In this document: positions 1 to 10,108 of the stretch, piece by piece | Layout: each line of letters opens with the position of its first letter | Numbering within the stretch: the first letter of the stretch is position 1 | DNA from: an uncultured Candidatus Saccharibacteria bacterium | GTDB taxonomy: Bacteria; Patescibacteriota; WWE3; CAZQFB01 | Assembly (NCBI GenBank): GCA_964592525.1 | Contig: CAZQFB010000003.1 | Coordinates: forward strand, 19,043 to 83,042 | Direction: 5' to 3' | DNA length: 64,000 nucleotides | The notes under the pieces: generated by a model | What the model was told of the DNA's origin: nothing | Database searches by the model: none | Seen by the model: only the letters and a program-made list of their open reading frames with translations | Program-made: the position numbers and the translations under genes

Positions 1-105
1 GACTAAAATAATTACCGAAAATAAAATGGCTAAGAATAAAGCAGCTCCCAAAAATACTACTACCTTGTCTTGGGGGTCGCCCGAGTTATTATTGTCGCCA
101 ATCAA
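1..105 (-). CDS. Partial membrane protein (N-terminus only, runs off the window)
   Basis: TTG at 105-103 overlaps the stop of the upstream ORF; frame reads MIGDNNNSGDPQDKVVVFLGAALFLAILFSVIILV and is open to the window edge. Confidence 0.55.
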   Translation of the reverse strand, partial: MIGDNNNSGDPQDKVVVFLGAALFLAILFSVIILV

Positions 106-803
106 TTGTAGACCTCTTCTTGATTCATAAGATTAATGACAATATTCAAATTGAAATAAGCATTTTGGAGCCTAGTCTTAAAATCATCATTGTGTTTGTT
201 TAAAAGTTCCCGCTGCAGGTTATGTAATTCTGCAGCACTGGAAACTAAAGTTTCTTCTAGCTGGGGGTTAGGCTCATTGGCTTGATCGTATTTTAGTTCC
301 AGCTGTTTTTCCGCAGCGACCAACCCATTTAAGATGTGGGTGTGTAATTGCTCGCGTTGTTTAGAGGCTAGAGTTTGTCTAAACGCCTGATTTTCCTGCC
401 AATGCTGTTGCAATTGAGTTTTAATTTCTGCTAGTGCGGTTTCGTTGGTGACTTGATTGATCAAGGTGTGATAGTTTGATAAGTTGGCTTGCAGTTGCTG
501 TATGTTTTCGGTGTGACTTGGTTCAGCATTATCAGCTAACAGCTTATAGTGAGCCTCCATTAAAGACAAAATCTGACTGACGTGTTCTTGTTGTTGGCTA
601 AGTGTGGGGTTAGTAGCTTGATTTTTAAGACTCTCTTGATAACTAGCCTCGGCGGCTTGTCTTTGTTGAAGCTTGTTTTGACTTGTGGTTAATAAGTTAG
701 ACACTTCATTGGCCAATACTTGGTTGATAATCAAACCAGCAAATAAATTGCTCATCAGCATCAGAAGAACCACTACAACCACAGTTATCTTTGGCGCGGT
801 CAT
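102..803 (-). CDS. Hypothetical membrane-anchored coiled-coil protein
   Basis: 233-aa ORF with an N-terminal hydrophobic helix and a Q/L/E-rich helical remainder. Confidence 0.7.
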   Translation of the reverse strand: MTAPKITVVVVVLLMLMSNLFAGLIINQVLANEVSNLLTTSQNKLQQRQAAEASYQESLKNQATNPTLSQQQEHVSQILSLMEAHYKLLADNAEPSHTENIQQLQANLSNYHTLINQVTNETALAEIKTQLQQHWQENQAFRQTLASKQREQLHTHILNGLVAAEKQLELKYDQANEPNPQLEETLVSSAAELHNLQRELLNKHNDDFKTRLQNAYFNLNIVINLMNQEEVYN

Positions 804-867
804 ATAACATAAATATAGTGGATATCTAAACTGTGGTCAATTTACCGCGACGAATATTTTTAATATA

Positions 868-1923
868 ATGGTGTTTATGCACCTGACAATTATTCGCCCC
901 AATCTGACTCTGCCAGGATTAACAAGCAAAGAAAAGATGCCCTTTCTACTCATCTTCGTTTTAGTTAGTGCTCTTTTGATTGAGTTCTTTTTTCTACTCT
1001 ATTCTTATTACTACCAGGCAAATAATAATTTGCCTTTGAGTTACCCACAGCAGGAAATACTTGTCCAAGCAGAGGCTAGTCAAGCAGCGGTGTTAGGTAA
1101 TAATGTTGATGACTTGTCTGCTCACAGTGGTTATTTTAGTGTCTTGCTAGCGGGTATTGATCGTCGCCACCGCTGGGACGAATCTTTTCGTTCTGACATT
1201 AATTTAATTGCCACCTTTACTCCCGATAGAAAAAAGGTGCTGTTAACTTCTATTCCGCGTGATTTGTGGATAGATAATTCAAGAATCAACGCCTTTATCA
1301 CCAGCGAGGGAATTGAAGCGCTGCAGGAAAAAGTTTCACAAGTTACCGGTTTGACTATTAATCGTTATATACAAATTGATTTTGATGCTTTGGTTGAAGG
1401 GGTTAATGCTTTGGGTGGGGTAGCTGTGGAAGTGCAACGCACTTTTACGGATTTTAACTACCCCAACGACCGCTCCGGTAAAGAGGAATTAATCACCGTG
1501 ACATTTGAGGAGGGTGTTCAGCACATGGATGGGGAAACCGCTCTTATTTTTTCCCGCTCTCGGAAAGGTGACAATGGTGAGGGTTCTGACTTTGCACGCA
1601 TGTTAAGGCAACAGCAAGTATTAAAGGCAATGCCTAAAGCTTTCTTTTCTCCCCAGTGCCTCTTTAATCCATTTGTGTTACATAACTTTTACACAGCGGT
1701 CACTGGGCAAATGAAAACCGATTTTAGTTTGCAGGATGTTTCTCTGGCCTATGATTTACTAGTTAATCACCAAGAGGTTACGGTTGAACATTTTGTGATT
1801 GATCATGATCTTTTATACCAACCACCACCTGCTGATTATGGTGGTGCTTATGTCTTAAGACCCAAGGATGAAAATTTTAATCAAATTAAGGAGCTTATTA
1901 AATTAAAGCTCGCAAGTTTTTAA
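868..1923 (+). CDS. LCP (LytR-CpsA-Psr) family protein
   Basis: TM anchor plus motifs LLAGID, RSD, SIPRDL, ALIFSRSR, SDFARMLRQQQVL; true start may be downstream. Confidence 0.9.
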   Translation: MVFMHLTIIRPNLTLPGLTSKEKMPFLLIFVLVSALLIEFFFLLYSYYYQANNNLPLSYPQQEILVQAEASQAAVLGNNVDDLSAHSGYFSVLLAGIDRRHRWDESFRSDINLIATFTPDRKKVLLTSIPRDLWIDNSRINAFITSEGIEALQEKVSQVTGLTINRYIQIDFDALVEGVNALGGVAVEVQRTFTDFNYPNDRSGKEELITVTFEEGVQHMDGETALIFSRSRKGDNGEGSDFARMLRQQQVLKAMPKAFFSPQCLFNPFVLHNFYTAVTGQMKTDFSLQDVSLAYDLLVNHQEVTVEHFVIDHDLLYQPPPADYGGAYVLRPKDENFNQIKELIKLKLASF

Positions 1924-2542
1924 TTTTTTTTTCCTCACCCACAGTAGTATTTGGACCGTGTCCCGGAAATAGTATGGTTGTGTCTGGCCAGGTCATAACT
2001 TTGGCAATGGATTTTAACAACTGTTCGTGGTCACTGTAAGAAAAATCGGTTCGCCCCATACCACCCCCCCAAAACAGCAAATCACCGACAAAAGCCCAAG
2101 CGTAATCAGGCACATAGAGGCTAATACTACCTGGCGTATGCCCCGGTGTAGGTACTACTTGTAGCTGATAAGATGCTAGCGGAAAGGTTGCATTGTCACT
2201 AAGGTAACCATTTGCTTTTGGGGCTAGCGCGTCCAGGTTACCGGTAAAATACTGGGCTGAATTTTTGGCTTGGTTTAACAGAAACACATCTTTTTTTGAG
2301 ATATAGAAGGGAATGTTGTAGGTTAACTGGAGCTGTGTCACTCCCAGGACATGGTCAAAGTGACCGTGGGTGGCTATGATTGCCTGTGGTGATAATTGAT
2401 TTTCAGCAATAATCTCCATCACATAATCCGCATCATCACCAGGATCAATAATGACAGTGTCTAAACTACTTGAAGCAGTGAGCAGATAACAGTTGGTATT
2501 TAATTTTCCCAGTACTAGCGTTCGCAGATCAAGGTTGTTCAT
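1898..2542 (-). CDS. MBL-fold metallo-hydrolase (glyoxalase II-like)
   Basis: THGHFDH, TPGHTPG, GDLLF, PGHG motifs. Confidence 0.92.
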   Translation of the reverse strand: MNNLDLRTLVLGKLNTNCYLLTASSSLDTVIIDPGDDADYVMEIIAENQLSPQAIIATHGHFDHVLGVTQLQLTYNIPFYISKKDVFLLNQAKNSAQYFTGNLDALAPKANGYLSDNATFPLASYQLQVVPTPGHTPGSISLYVPDYAWAFVGDLLFWGGGMGRTDFSYSDHEQLLKSIAKVMTWPDTTILFPGHGPNTTVGEEKKIKNLRALI

Positions 2543-2620
2543 TAGCTTATCTTAACTCATGAATTGACAGGAGGACACTCTACAATTACGATTAAGTCAG
2601 TATTAACAAAAGGAGCTATC

Positions 2621-3262
2621 ATGAAAACACTGTCCGAAAAAATACAAGCTGCTCTGATTGCGGGGTTAGCGGGGGGTGCCTTATCTTCAATCGTCTTAGC
2701 CTTTAACGATCAGATCACCAAACTATCCCTATTACTTGGCTCAAGTAACATCTACTTGGGTATTGTTCTGCATTTAGTATTGATGGCGTTGTTAGCCATA
2801 TTATTTACTTTATTTAGTGGTCGCTTATTAAAAGATTTGAAGTCGGGGTTGCTTTTTGGTTTGGTGTTAGGTCTGCTTTGGTGGTTGGTGGGTGATCTCT
2901 TGCTCATACCTTTTTTCAAAAGTGGTGCCATTTCTTTTAATTTATTAGCTAATCCGATGTCTTTACTAGCTGATCTGATATTCGGTTTGGTTTATGGGGT
3001 CGTTTTTGTGGGTATGACCGCCGAGGAAAATAATACCCCCCCAGCTTCTGAAACAGTACCATTGTCGCAAGCAAAGGAGACGGAGAACACAGAATCCTTT
3101 GCGGAGGGTATTAGCTCTGATAGCTCTGCACAAACAGAGGAGACGCCACTAGTGGAAGAGATGAGCGAACCAGTACCTGAAACTGTAAGCGAGTCTACCA
3201 GGACATTAGAAGATGTTAACGCCGAAAGTCAAGAAGTAGATAACAATAATAACAACTGGTAG
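2621..3262 (+). CDS. Membrane protein, about 4 TM, with acidic low-complexity tail
   Basis: ATG 2621 preceded by SD AAGGAG and promoter TTGACA-17-TACGAT; hydrophobic helices followed by an E/S/T-rich tail. Confidence 0.75.
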   Translation: MKTLSEKIQAALIAGLAGGALSSIVLAFNDQITKLSLLLGSSNIYLGIVLHLVLMALLAILFTLFSGRLLKDLKSGLLFGLVLGLLWWLVGDLLLIPFFKSGAISFNLLANPMSLLADLIFGLVYGVVFVGMTAEENNTPPASETVPLSQAKETENTESFAEGISSDSSAQTEETPLVEEMSEPVPETVSESTRTLEDVNAESQEVDNNNNNW

Positions 3263-3346
3263 CCACCAATTTTAAGAATCTGCTGTTTATCTCTGCTCAC
3301 CCGAGTTAGTTTTTCGTAAAGGTAATTTAGTGCTAAGCTTAATGCT

Positions 3347-3748
3347 GTGAAGGGTTTAATTCGTGATTTTTCTATTTTCCTACTTATTTTTTATTTTTTA
3401 GCTCGGAGTATTAGCGGCTTTAGTTATGGTAATGATCTTAAAACCTTAGCGCTTGGGGTGGCTGTCTTTTTGTTACTAGATATTATCGCTAAACCTTTTA
3501 TCAAAGTGGTGTTTTTGCCAGTAAATATTATCACCTTGGGTCTTTTTAGCTGGCTGATTAATGTCATTATTTTGTATCTGACTGTTAAATTGGTTACAGG
3601 CTTGACGGTTGCTCCTTTTTGGTTTTCTGGGTATTCTGGTTTAGGAATTTATGTGGCTGCTAGAGACATCTCTCTCTTTGGTGCTTATATTGTGGTATCC
3701 TTCGCCATAAGCATCTTAGAAAAGTTTATTTATTGGATTATAGACTAA
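3347..3748 (+). CDS. Phage-holin-like membrane protein (YvlD/DUF360 family)
   Basis: KPFIKVVFLPVNIITLGLFSWLIN motif. Confidence 0.85.
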   Translation: MKGLIRDFSIFLLIFYFLARSISGFSYGNDLKTLALGVAVFLLLDIIAKPFIKVVFLPVNIITLGLFSWLINVIILYLTVKLVTGLTVAPFWFSGYSGLGIYVAARDISLFGAYIVVSFAISILEKFIYWIID

Positions 3749-3963
3749 TGTATTTAGAGATAGCACAACTAATAATAAGTATTCTGCTCATTTTAGTGGT
3801 CTTGCTTCAAGGCCGGGGAACAGGTTTATCAGGATCGGCCTTTGGTGGTTCTGGTACGGCTATTTACCGTTCTAAAAGAGGTCTGGAAAAATATTTATTC
3901 TTTTTTACGATTATGCTAAGCCTACTGTTAATAGCTTTGTCTATTTACAGTCTGGCGGTATAA
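3748..3963 (+). CDS. secG: Preprotein translocase subunit SecG
   Basis: 2 TM; VLLQGRGTGLSGSAFGG and RSKRGLEK; ATG overlaps the upstream stop. Confidence 0.9.
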   Translation: MYLEIAQLIISILLILVVLLQGRGTGLSGSAFGGSGTAIYRSKRGLEKYLFFFTIMLSLLLIALSIYSLAV

Positions 3964-3968
3964 CTTCA

Positions 3969-5432
3969 ATGAAGTCAAAATTACTTATTCCTTTAATTAT
4001 TTTACTTCTGCCCATCACTGGTATTATCTTTATTGATCGTTTTTATAGTCAGCTCCCGCGCGATACCATTACCGAAGGGATTGTTGGTCAACCCAGAAAT
4101 ATCCATCCTTTGTTAATGCAGAAAAATCCAGTGGACATAGATTTAGTTAATTTAATTTATGGTTCTTTGTTGAAATATAACTTAGCTGGTGAGTTAGTCA
4201 CCGATTTGGCTCATTCTTGGGAAGTGTCGGCTGATGGTCTGGTTTATAAAGTCAGGTTGCGTGATAATGTTTGGTGGCATGATGGGCAAAAGTTTACGGC
4301 GGATGATGTTATTTTTACAGCTACCAGACACGAGGCGCTAAGACAGGTTGAGGTGGTGAAGCTTGATGATTATACATTGGAAATTAAGCTATCTGAAGTT
4401 TATGCCCCCTTTCCTGATTTATTAACTATACCAATTGCTCCCGAACACATTTCTTTGGAAGAAGATCCCTTGCTGGGTGTTGGTACTGGGCCTTTTATGA
4501 TTAGTTACATTAATCCCGCCCCTAACTTTATTGAAGGTATTACGCTAGTAAGGGTGAATAAGGCTAAGGATGGTCGGATTAATAACCTAAATCTAAAGTT
4601 TTTTAATGATCGAGATGAATTGGAGCGTGCAATTCAACTAGGTGAGATAGACCTTTATGCGGGTGAGCCTTTTGAATGGAAAGGTTTTCGCACCGAAGTG
4701 GCTTCTTTAAAGGGAGTTCAGTATGCCATTTATCTTAATGTTAACCGGGAAGGTTTATTAGCGGATATTGATTTTAGAAAAGCTTTAGCGCAAAGTACCC
4801 CCAAGGGTGTGTTAGCCACACAGGTATTAAATAATCGCTACACTGTGATTGATGGTCCGATTCACGATTCTTGGGCAACTAATCGTGCTTTAGATAAATA
4901 TTATTTTGATTCAGATGTGGAGCCCCAATATGAAGGTGAATTAACCCTTGTCATTCCACGCACTAAGGATAACCAAGCAGTGTCTAAAGTACTGCAGGAG
5001 TCTTGGAGTCGCTTGGGAGTAGACATTACGATTAAGGTTGTCGAGCCTAGTGACCTTGAGGAAAAAGTCTTTAAAACCAGAGATTTTGATTTATTGCTCC
5101 TGGGACGTGAGGTGGGTCATGACCCAGACCGATATTCTTATTGGCATTCAACGCAAATAGATTATCCCGGCTTAAACATTACCGGTTATAAGCAAGTCAG
5201 GGTTGATAAGGCTCTGGAAAAAGGCAGACAGGTGTTGTCAGCGGAGGATCGTCAAGAGCATTATGATTTGTTTCAGGAAATGATTTTTGAAGATGTACCC
5301 GCTATTTATTTATATCAACCCCGTTATTATTTAACCTTGCGTAATAATATTCAAGAGGTGCAGTTGTATGATGTTTTCACTGCCAGTGATCGGTATAAAT
5401 CCTTAGACCAGTGGAGAATTATCTTTAAATAG
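3969..5432 (+). CDS. ABC peptide/nickel-family substrate-binding protein
   Basis: DLAHSWEVS, WHDGQKFTADDVIFT, GTGPF motifs. Confidence 0.9.
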   Translation: MKSKLLIPLIILLLPITGIIFIDRFYSQLPRDTITEGIVGQPRNIHPLLMQKNPVDIDLVNLIYGSLLKYNLAGELVTDLAHSWEVSADGLVYKVRLRDNVWWHDGQKFTADDVIFTATRHEALRQVEVVKLDDYTLEIKLSEVYAPFPDLLTIPIAPEHISLEEDPLLGVGTGPFMISYINPAPNFIEGITLVRVNKAKDGRINNLNLKFFNDRDELERAIQLGEIDLYAGEPFEWKGFRTEVASLKGVQYAIYLNVNREGLLADIDFRKALAQSTPKGVLATQVLNNRYTVIDGPIHDSWATNRALDKYYFDSDVEPQYEGELTLVIPRTKDNQAVSKVLQESWSRLGVDITIKVVEPSDLEEKVFKTRDFDLLLLGREVGHDPDRYSYWHSTQIDYPGLNITGYKQVRVDKALEKGRQVLSAEDRQEHYDLFQEMIFEDVPAIYLYQPRYYLTLRNNIQEVQLYDVFTASDRYKSLDQWRIIFK

Positions 5433-5459
5433 ATATCCCATTCATAGTATCATTAAGGT

Positions 5460-6197
5460 ATGTATCAGAGATTGGCGACCAAAGTATTTGCTACTCCGGT
5501 TTATGATTTGTTTCCTTTACCGGAAGTCATTCGCAAGTTTTTCCCCAGACATCAAGTTGTTCATTCAACCTGTTTTGGGGTGCGGCATTATACTATTACC
5601 CACAACCACCCCCAATTAACTAAAAAATGGTCTAAAGAAGTGTGGCAAATTTATTATTTACTTAAGTCTGATAATCAGGCTGAATTGGCGACAGTGTTAG
5701 CAGGCAAAAATTATAAGAAAGATATCCGTAAGGTCTTATCTCGCTATTATGCTGATGGATACGGCGATGATGAGAGCCTGAAATTGATAGCGATTGGTAT
5801 GTGGGTTTTTAAAAATGCTGATTCTTGGGCGGGATTCCTTCGGATTGCTAACAAAATACTCCGTGGTGGGCGACATGATGTAACCACCTTTCTACAAAAA
5901 GGCAGTCACCCTTGTTGCTTGGATGTTGCTTCTTTAACCCATGTCTTAGCAGCAGAGATGGGGGTAAAAGGAGAGATAAAGAGAAAAAGAGGACCTTACG
6001 GTCATCGCTATTGGCAGAGTGCTTCAGGCAAAGTGGTTGATGCTCGCTTTGGTGCTTGGCGAGGTGGGGTATTTAATAACCTGGCTCAATATGTGGAACT
6101 CACCAAGAACCGCTATTTAGTATATAAGGTTAAGAAATTAATTTTGTCTCAAGTTATGCCTTTGTTTAAAAATCTCCCCGAAAAATATAACCGTTAA
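5460..6197 (+). CDS. Hypothetical protein
   Basis: 245-aa ORF; Cys...His...Asp spacing loosely resembles transglutaminase-like folds (weak). Confidence 0.65.
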   Translation: MYQRLATKVFATPVYDLFPLPEVIRKFFPRHQVVHSTCFGVRHYTITHNHPQLTKKWSKEVWQIYYLLKSDNQAELATVLAGKNYKKDIRKVLSRYYADGYGDDESLKLIAIGMWVFKNADSWAGFLRIANKILRGGRHDVTTFLQKGSHPCCLDVASLTHVLAAEMGVKGEIKRKRGPYGHRYWQSASGKVVDARFGAWRGGVFNNLAQYVELTKNRYLVYKVKKLILSQVMPLFKNLPEKYNR

Positions 6198-6223
6198 CTT
6201 TTACTTACTGGTATCATCATAGT

Positions 6224-7327
6224 ATGCCCAGACAGTACTGGTTATTGGTTCTCGTTTTATTTATTCTCGCGGTATATTTAGTAGTGAGGGGTGACTATTT
6301 AGACGGTGTAACTGATCATCAATCAGTGGAATATGGTTTATCTACTCCCATTCCTACCTTTAGTGCAAACCCGCTGTTCCCTAAAGTGCCCGCAAATAAA
6401 TTAGATTTATCGCTGTTACTGGATCAGGACGTAACATGGCTAAATAAATATGATAGTAGCAAAATCATCACTCTAACTTCTGGTGGGGATGTGATACCTG
6501 CTCGATCAGGTAATGCTGCGGCAGTTAAACATAATGACTTTCACTATTCTTACCAAGAGATCGCTCCTTATTTTAAAGCAGCTGATTTGGCTTTGATAAA
6601 TTTTGAAACACCTCTAGTCGCCAACTGCCCGACGACTCTAGAAGGCATGATATTTTGTGGTGATGAGCGTCAGCTTGAGGGTTTGGCATCTATGGGTTTG
6701 GATGTGGTGTCTCTGGCTAATAATCATGCTGGTAACTGGGGTATCTCGGGTATTGAGAATACTGTTCGGTTATTTAACAGTGCGGGAGCGGATGTTGTGG
6801 GATTGGGAGCAGCAGTTATTAAAAGGGTAAATGATACAAGCTTTGGCTTTTTAGCTTACAACGACATCCCTGGTGGAATACCACCCATTGCGGAAGCGCA
6901 AACAGAAATAATTGAAAGTGATATCAAATCTCTTTCAGAACAGGTTGATGTGGTGGTGGTGATGTTTCATTGGGGTAATGAATATACCCGTCAGCCCAAC
7001 ACGCGTCAGAAAGAGCTGGCTTATACGGCGGTAGATAGCGGGGCGGATTTAATTATTGGCAACCACCCCCACTGGCTACAAAGTATGGAGATATACCAAA
7101 ACAAATTAATCTCTTATGCTTGGGGTAACCTGGTATTTGATCAGATGTGGAGTGAGGAAACCAAAATTGGCTTGCTTGCCCAATATTATTTTTATGAAGA
7201 TAAGTTGGTGGATATATTTTTAGTACCCATTTATATGGCGGATTATGGCAAGCCGATTGTTGTTGAAGACGAAGCCTTAAAACAAAATATTTTGGATAGG
7301 GTTAGAAATTCTAGTCTTTTACCTTAG
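6224..7327 (+). CDS. CapA family metallophosphatase
   Basis: GDV, NFE, LANNH, HWGNEY, IGNHPH, GNLVFDQ motifs. Confidence 0.9.
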   Translation: MPRQYWLLVLVLFILAVYLVVRGDYLDGVTDHQSVEYGLSTPIPTFSANPLFPKVPANKLDLSLLLDQDVTWLNKYDSSKIITLTSGGDVIPARSGNAAAVKHNDFHYSYQEIAPYFKAADLALINFETPLVANCPTTLEGMIFCGDERQLEGLASMGLDVVSLANNHAGNWGISGIENTVRLFNSAGADVVGLGAAVIKRVNDTSFGFLAYNDIPGGIPPIAEAQTEIIESDIKSLSEQVDVVVVMFHWGNEYTRQPNTRQKELAYTAVDSGADLIIGNHPHWLQSMEIYQNKLISYAWGNLVFDQMWSEETKIGLLAQYYFYEDKLVDIFLVPIYMADYGKPIVVEDEALKQNILDRVRNSSLLP

Positions 7328-8584
7328 GAATTGTAGGTCCTTTAGATCCCATAATTTGGTTTGGTCTTGGTCAATATTAGTAGGAGTGGTATTCCATAAC
7401 CAAGTTTGCCAAGAGAAAGCCCCCTTAACGTGAACGTAAATACTGAAGCCAACAATTACAATAAATATACCTAATAATATTTTACGGTGGGTAATCAATT
7501 TCAGCGTTGGCGTTAAAAAGTAGATAAATATTGGAGTTAACTCTGCTAAATACCTATTACCGTAGCTATGTCCGCCCCACCAAGCGGGAAACATAGACAC
7601 AGCGAGGTATTGGCTTACAATCATTAAAAAGAGCAAGGTATCAAAAAGAGTGAAGCGATTACGGTTTAATTTAATGCCAATTCCCCAAAAAGAGAAGATA
7701 AAGAGGGGATTAAACACAAAAAGTCCACGGGCAGGACTAAAAAGGTTACCTGTTAGGGCTGTGGTGAGTTGGGGGTGGAAACTGATTCGTTGTAGAAGGT
7801 AATAGTTGGGGAATAGTTGTTCATATTGTATATGGTTTATGAGGAGAAAAGGAATAAGAGTTAAAGCTATCCAAAAGAGATAATAAACTAAATACGAGCG
7901 GTATTTGATCAGTACCAGCAGCGTAAAAAGTACTAAGGCGATAAAACCAGTGGGTCTGATTAGGCACCAATACGCTAGCGGGAGCGCGCTAAATTGTATA
8001 ACCCACGGGTGTTTTAGCGCTAGTAGCTGAAAATAAATAACCATACTAAGCATGAGCATGACCGAACCGTGTGGCCACAAACCACGGCTACTTAAAGATA
8101 AAGCGGCTGTAGCCAAGGCGTAAAATAAAGTTAGAAAGAGAGCTTTAGGTAGTTTTAGTTTCCGGCGCAGGAACAGAAAGACAAAGGCAACGGAAAGGGC
8201 AGTAATAATTGAGGCTAAAAGTCGTTCAATATCCCAAATAACTAGATCTGGTTGGTTGTGTTTGGCTAGAGAGTATAAATTTACACCTTGGCTTGAATAG
8301 TAATAATTTATTACCGCTAAAAAGGGGGTGGTTAAATAGACAGTCCCTGCTGGGAAATAGGAATATAGGTGACCCTTGACCTTTTCGACTCGATAATCGT
8401 TGGGGGGAATGACGCTTTTATATTCATCCAAGTTGTTATCGCCGTTTTCAATTATGCTAAGACCTTGATGGATAAACCATCTAGAATCAAAGGAGGTGGT
8501 GTTTGGCGCCTTGACATATATAAGTAAGGAGCAGCAAAATAATATAATCGCCAGACTAGCATTACTTAAAGATTTAATCGTCAT
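7319..8584 (-). CDS. GT-C-type polytopic membrane glycosyltransferase-like protein
   Basis: Multiple TM helices; SYFP, IRPT, LFSPARGLF, WWGGHSYGNRY motifs. Confidence 0.7.
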   Translation of the reverse strand: MTIKSLSNASLAIILFCCSLLIYVKAPNTTSFDSRWFIHQGLSIIENGDNNLDEYKSVIPPNDYRVEKVKGHLYSYFPAGTVYLTTPFLAVINYYYSSQGVNLYSLAKHNQPDLVIWDIERLLASIITALSVAFVFLFLRRKLKLPKALFLTLFYALATAALSLSSRGLWPHGSVMLMLSMVIYFQLLALKHPWVIQFSALPLAYWCLIRPTGFIALVLFTLLVLIKYRSYLVYYLFWIALTLIPFLLINHIQYEQLFPNYYLLQRISFHPQLTTALTGNLFSPARGLFVFNPLFIFSFWGIGIKLNRNRFTLFDTLLFLMIVSQYLAVSMFPAWWGGHSYGNRYLAELTPIFIYFLTPTLKLITHRKILLGIFIVIVGFSIYVHVKGAFSWQTWLWNTTPTNIDQDQTKLWDLKDLQFLR

Positions 8585-8768
8585 TAGTTAAAGTGTATCT
8601 ATATCTTACACATTTGAAACGAAATGAGAAAAATGGTAAGACAATACCAGTCAGTTAAAGCTAGTATCTAATGCCGACCCTAGTCAAATTAAGCCAGCAC
8701 TTTAAAACAAAGTGCTGGGCAATTGGATAGGAAGTTTGTGATCTGGAAGTTATTTGAACATATAGGAT

Positions 8769-8846
8769 GGTGACGGTAGCTCAATTGGTTAGAGCGTCCG
8801 CCTGTGGAGCGGAAGGTTGCGGGTTCAATTCCCGTTCGTCACCCCA
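8769..8846 (+). tRNA. tRNA-His(GTG)
   Basis: Cloverleaf; anticodon loop CTGTGGA; G-1 and C73; CCA encoded. Confidence 0.95.
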
Positions 8847-8946
8847 ATATCACTGTGGTGCAAATAAGAGCTCCTGTTTCTTGTTTCGCTGAAACTGTTA
8901 TGTTATTATGCTGCCCAGTAATCCTATAGCCCGAGAGGGGGAAACG

Positions 8947-9204
8947 GTGTTTCTGATACTTCTGGTGCTGCTTGTCGTCTGTTTTATCTTGATAGGGATG
9001 ACTAATATAGGGCTGGTTGATCGAGGTCATGCCCAGTGGGGTAGAGAAATAGCCATCGCTTTTCTTTGCTTCATCATCGGGTCGCTAGTGACCTTCGTTT
9101 ACTCGTCAGCGCAAGCAACCGTAAGGTTTGGTGGTGAGCATCTTGTGCTCCTGATTGTGGCTTTGTTTGCCCTAGGATACTATTGGTTGGAGGATTACCT
9201 TTAG
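8947..9204 (+). CDS. Orphan small membrane protein (85 aa, about 3 TM); mini-cassette A
   Basis: GTG preceded by GAGGGGG; promoter TTGTTT-17-TATTAT; hairpin 9218-9248 downstream. Confidence 0.7.
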   Translation: MFLILLVLLVVCFILIGMTNIGLVDRGHAQWGREIAIAFLCFIIGSLVTFVYSSAQATVRFGGEHLVLLIVALFALGYYWLEDYL

Positions 9205-9217
9205 CCTTTGAGTTTGC

Positions 9218-9248
9218 GGGTGGGGTGGTTGCTAGCCAACCCCACCCC
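9218..9248 (+). terminator. GC-rich hairpin after cassette A
   Basis: GGGTGGGGT...ACCCCACCC inverted repeat. Confidence 0.65.
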
Positions 9249-9416
9249 TAGTTTTGGTATACATAATTTAATTAATCTCACTTGTAGCTAATAACTTTTA
9301 ATGGAAAAGATGATTATCCTTGCGATAAAGGCTGATTGAGATTGCTTTACCTGGTAAGACTAAATTAAAGAAGGCACCCCACCGAGGTAGGGTGCATTTA
9401 CTACCTAGTGGGGTTG

Positions 9417-9830
9417 TCAAAACACAGCCATTATTTCACCGGCTATCATTAGTAGAAAACCTACTACTAAGACAGCAGTACCAAGCATCATTGCGTTGGC
9501 AAGGATGAAAAGTAGTGTGGTAGGTACTAGGAAAATTACGTGCATCAGGTAGTGTGCTGGTGAATTACTTCCATCATAGCAGGAGCAGGGATGCGCACCT
9601 AGAGTGAAGACGTACCTGATATTGTGATTTATGATTCTCCAGCATCTAAAGTAGTCCGCCCAGAAACCTTTGCCATAAGCACTATACCCACCACCCCCAT
9701 TTCCACTAACACCGTCTACATAATATTCTCCAGTACCCTCGTGGACAGACCTATTGCAGCATTCTCTGCAAAATTCTTCGCATCGGTCACGATTAGAGCT
9801 ACTCGTTCTCCAACCACCTCCATCTGGCAT
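9417..9830 (-). CDS. Orphan Cys/Gly-rich protein with C-terminal TM segments; mini-cassette B
   Basis: 137-aa ORF; leader ctaacagaaaggg; hairpin 9375-9416 after the stop. Confidence 0.6.
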   Translation of the reverse strand: MPDGGGWRTSSSNRDRCEEFCRECCNRSVHEGTGEYYVDGVSGNGGGGYSAYGKGFWADYFRCWRIINHNIRYVFTLGAHPCSCYDGSNSPAHYLMHVIFLVPTTLLFILANAMMLGTAVLVVGFLLMIAGEIMAVF

Positions 9831-10077
9831 TTCTTAATCCCTTTCTGTTAGTGCTTATAGGGACTTCATAGTCATTGATTATACAATTTATTCTTGCAAG
9901 TATTCCACTTACCTATTAGTACGGTCGCATTTAGATTGGCATGAAATAAATGCTAATAATTATTTTCACACCGAGATAGTTATTTAATCCACCCTTGATG
10001 GTATCAGTACAATTAAATTGTGATTGTAGGTATTATTTTGCTTAGTTCATATCTTATGCGATGGTTTTGAGGGGTTA

Positions 10078-10108
10078 AGCAGGGGTGGTGGAGAACACTA
10101 CCCCTGCT
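10078..10108 (-). terminator. Hairpin after the methyltransferase gene
   Basis: AGCAGGGGTGGTG / CACTACCCCTGCT inverted repeat. Confidence 0.7.
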
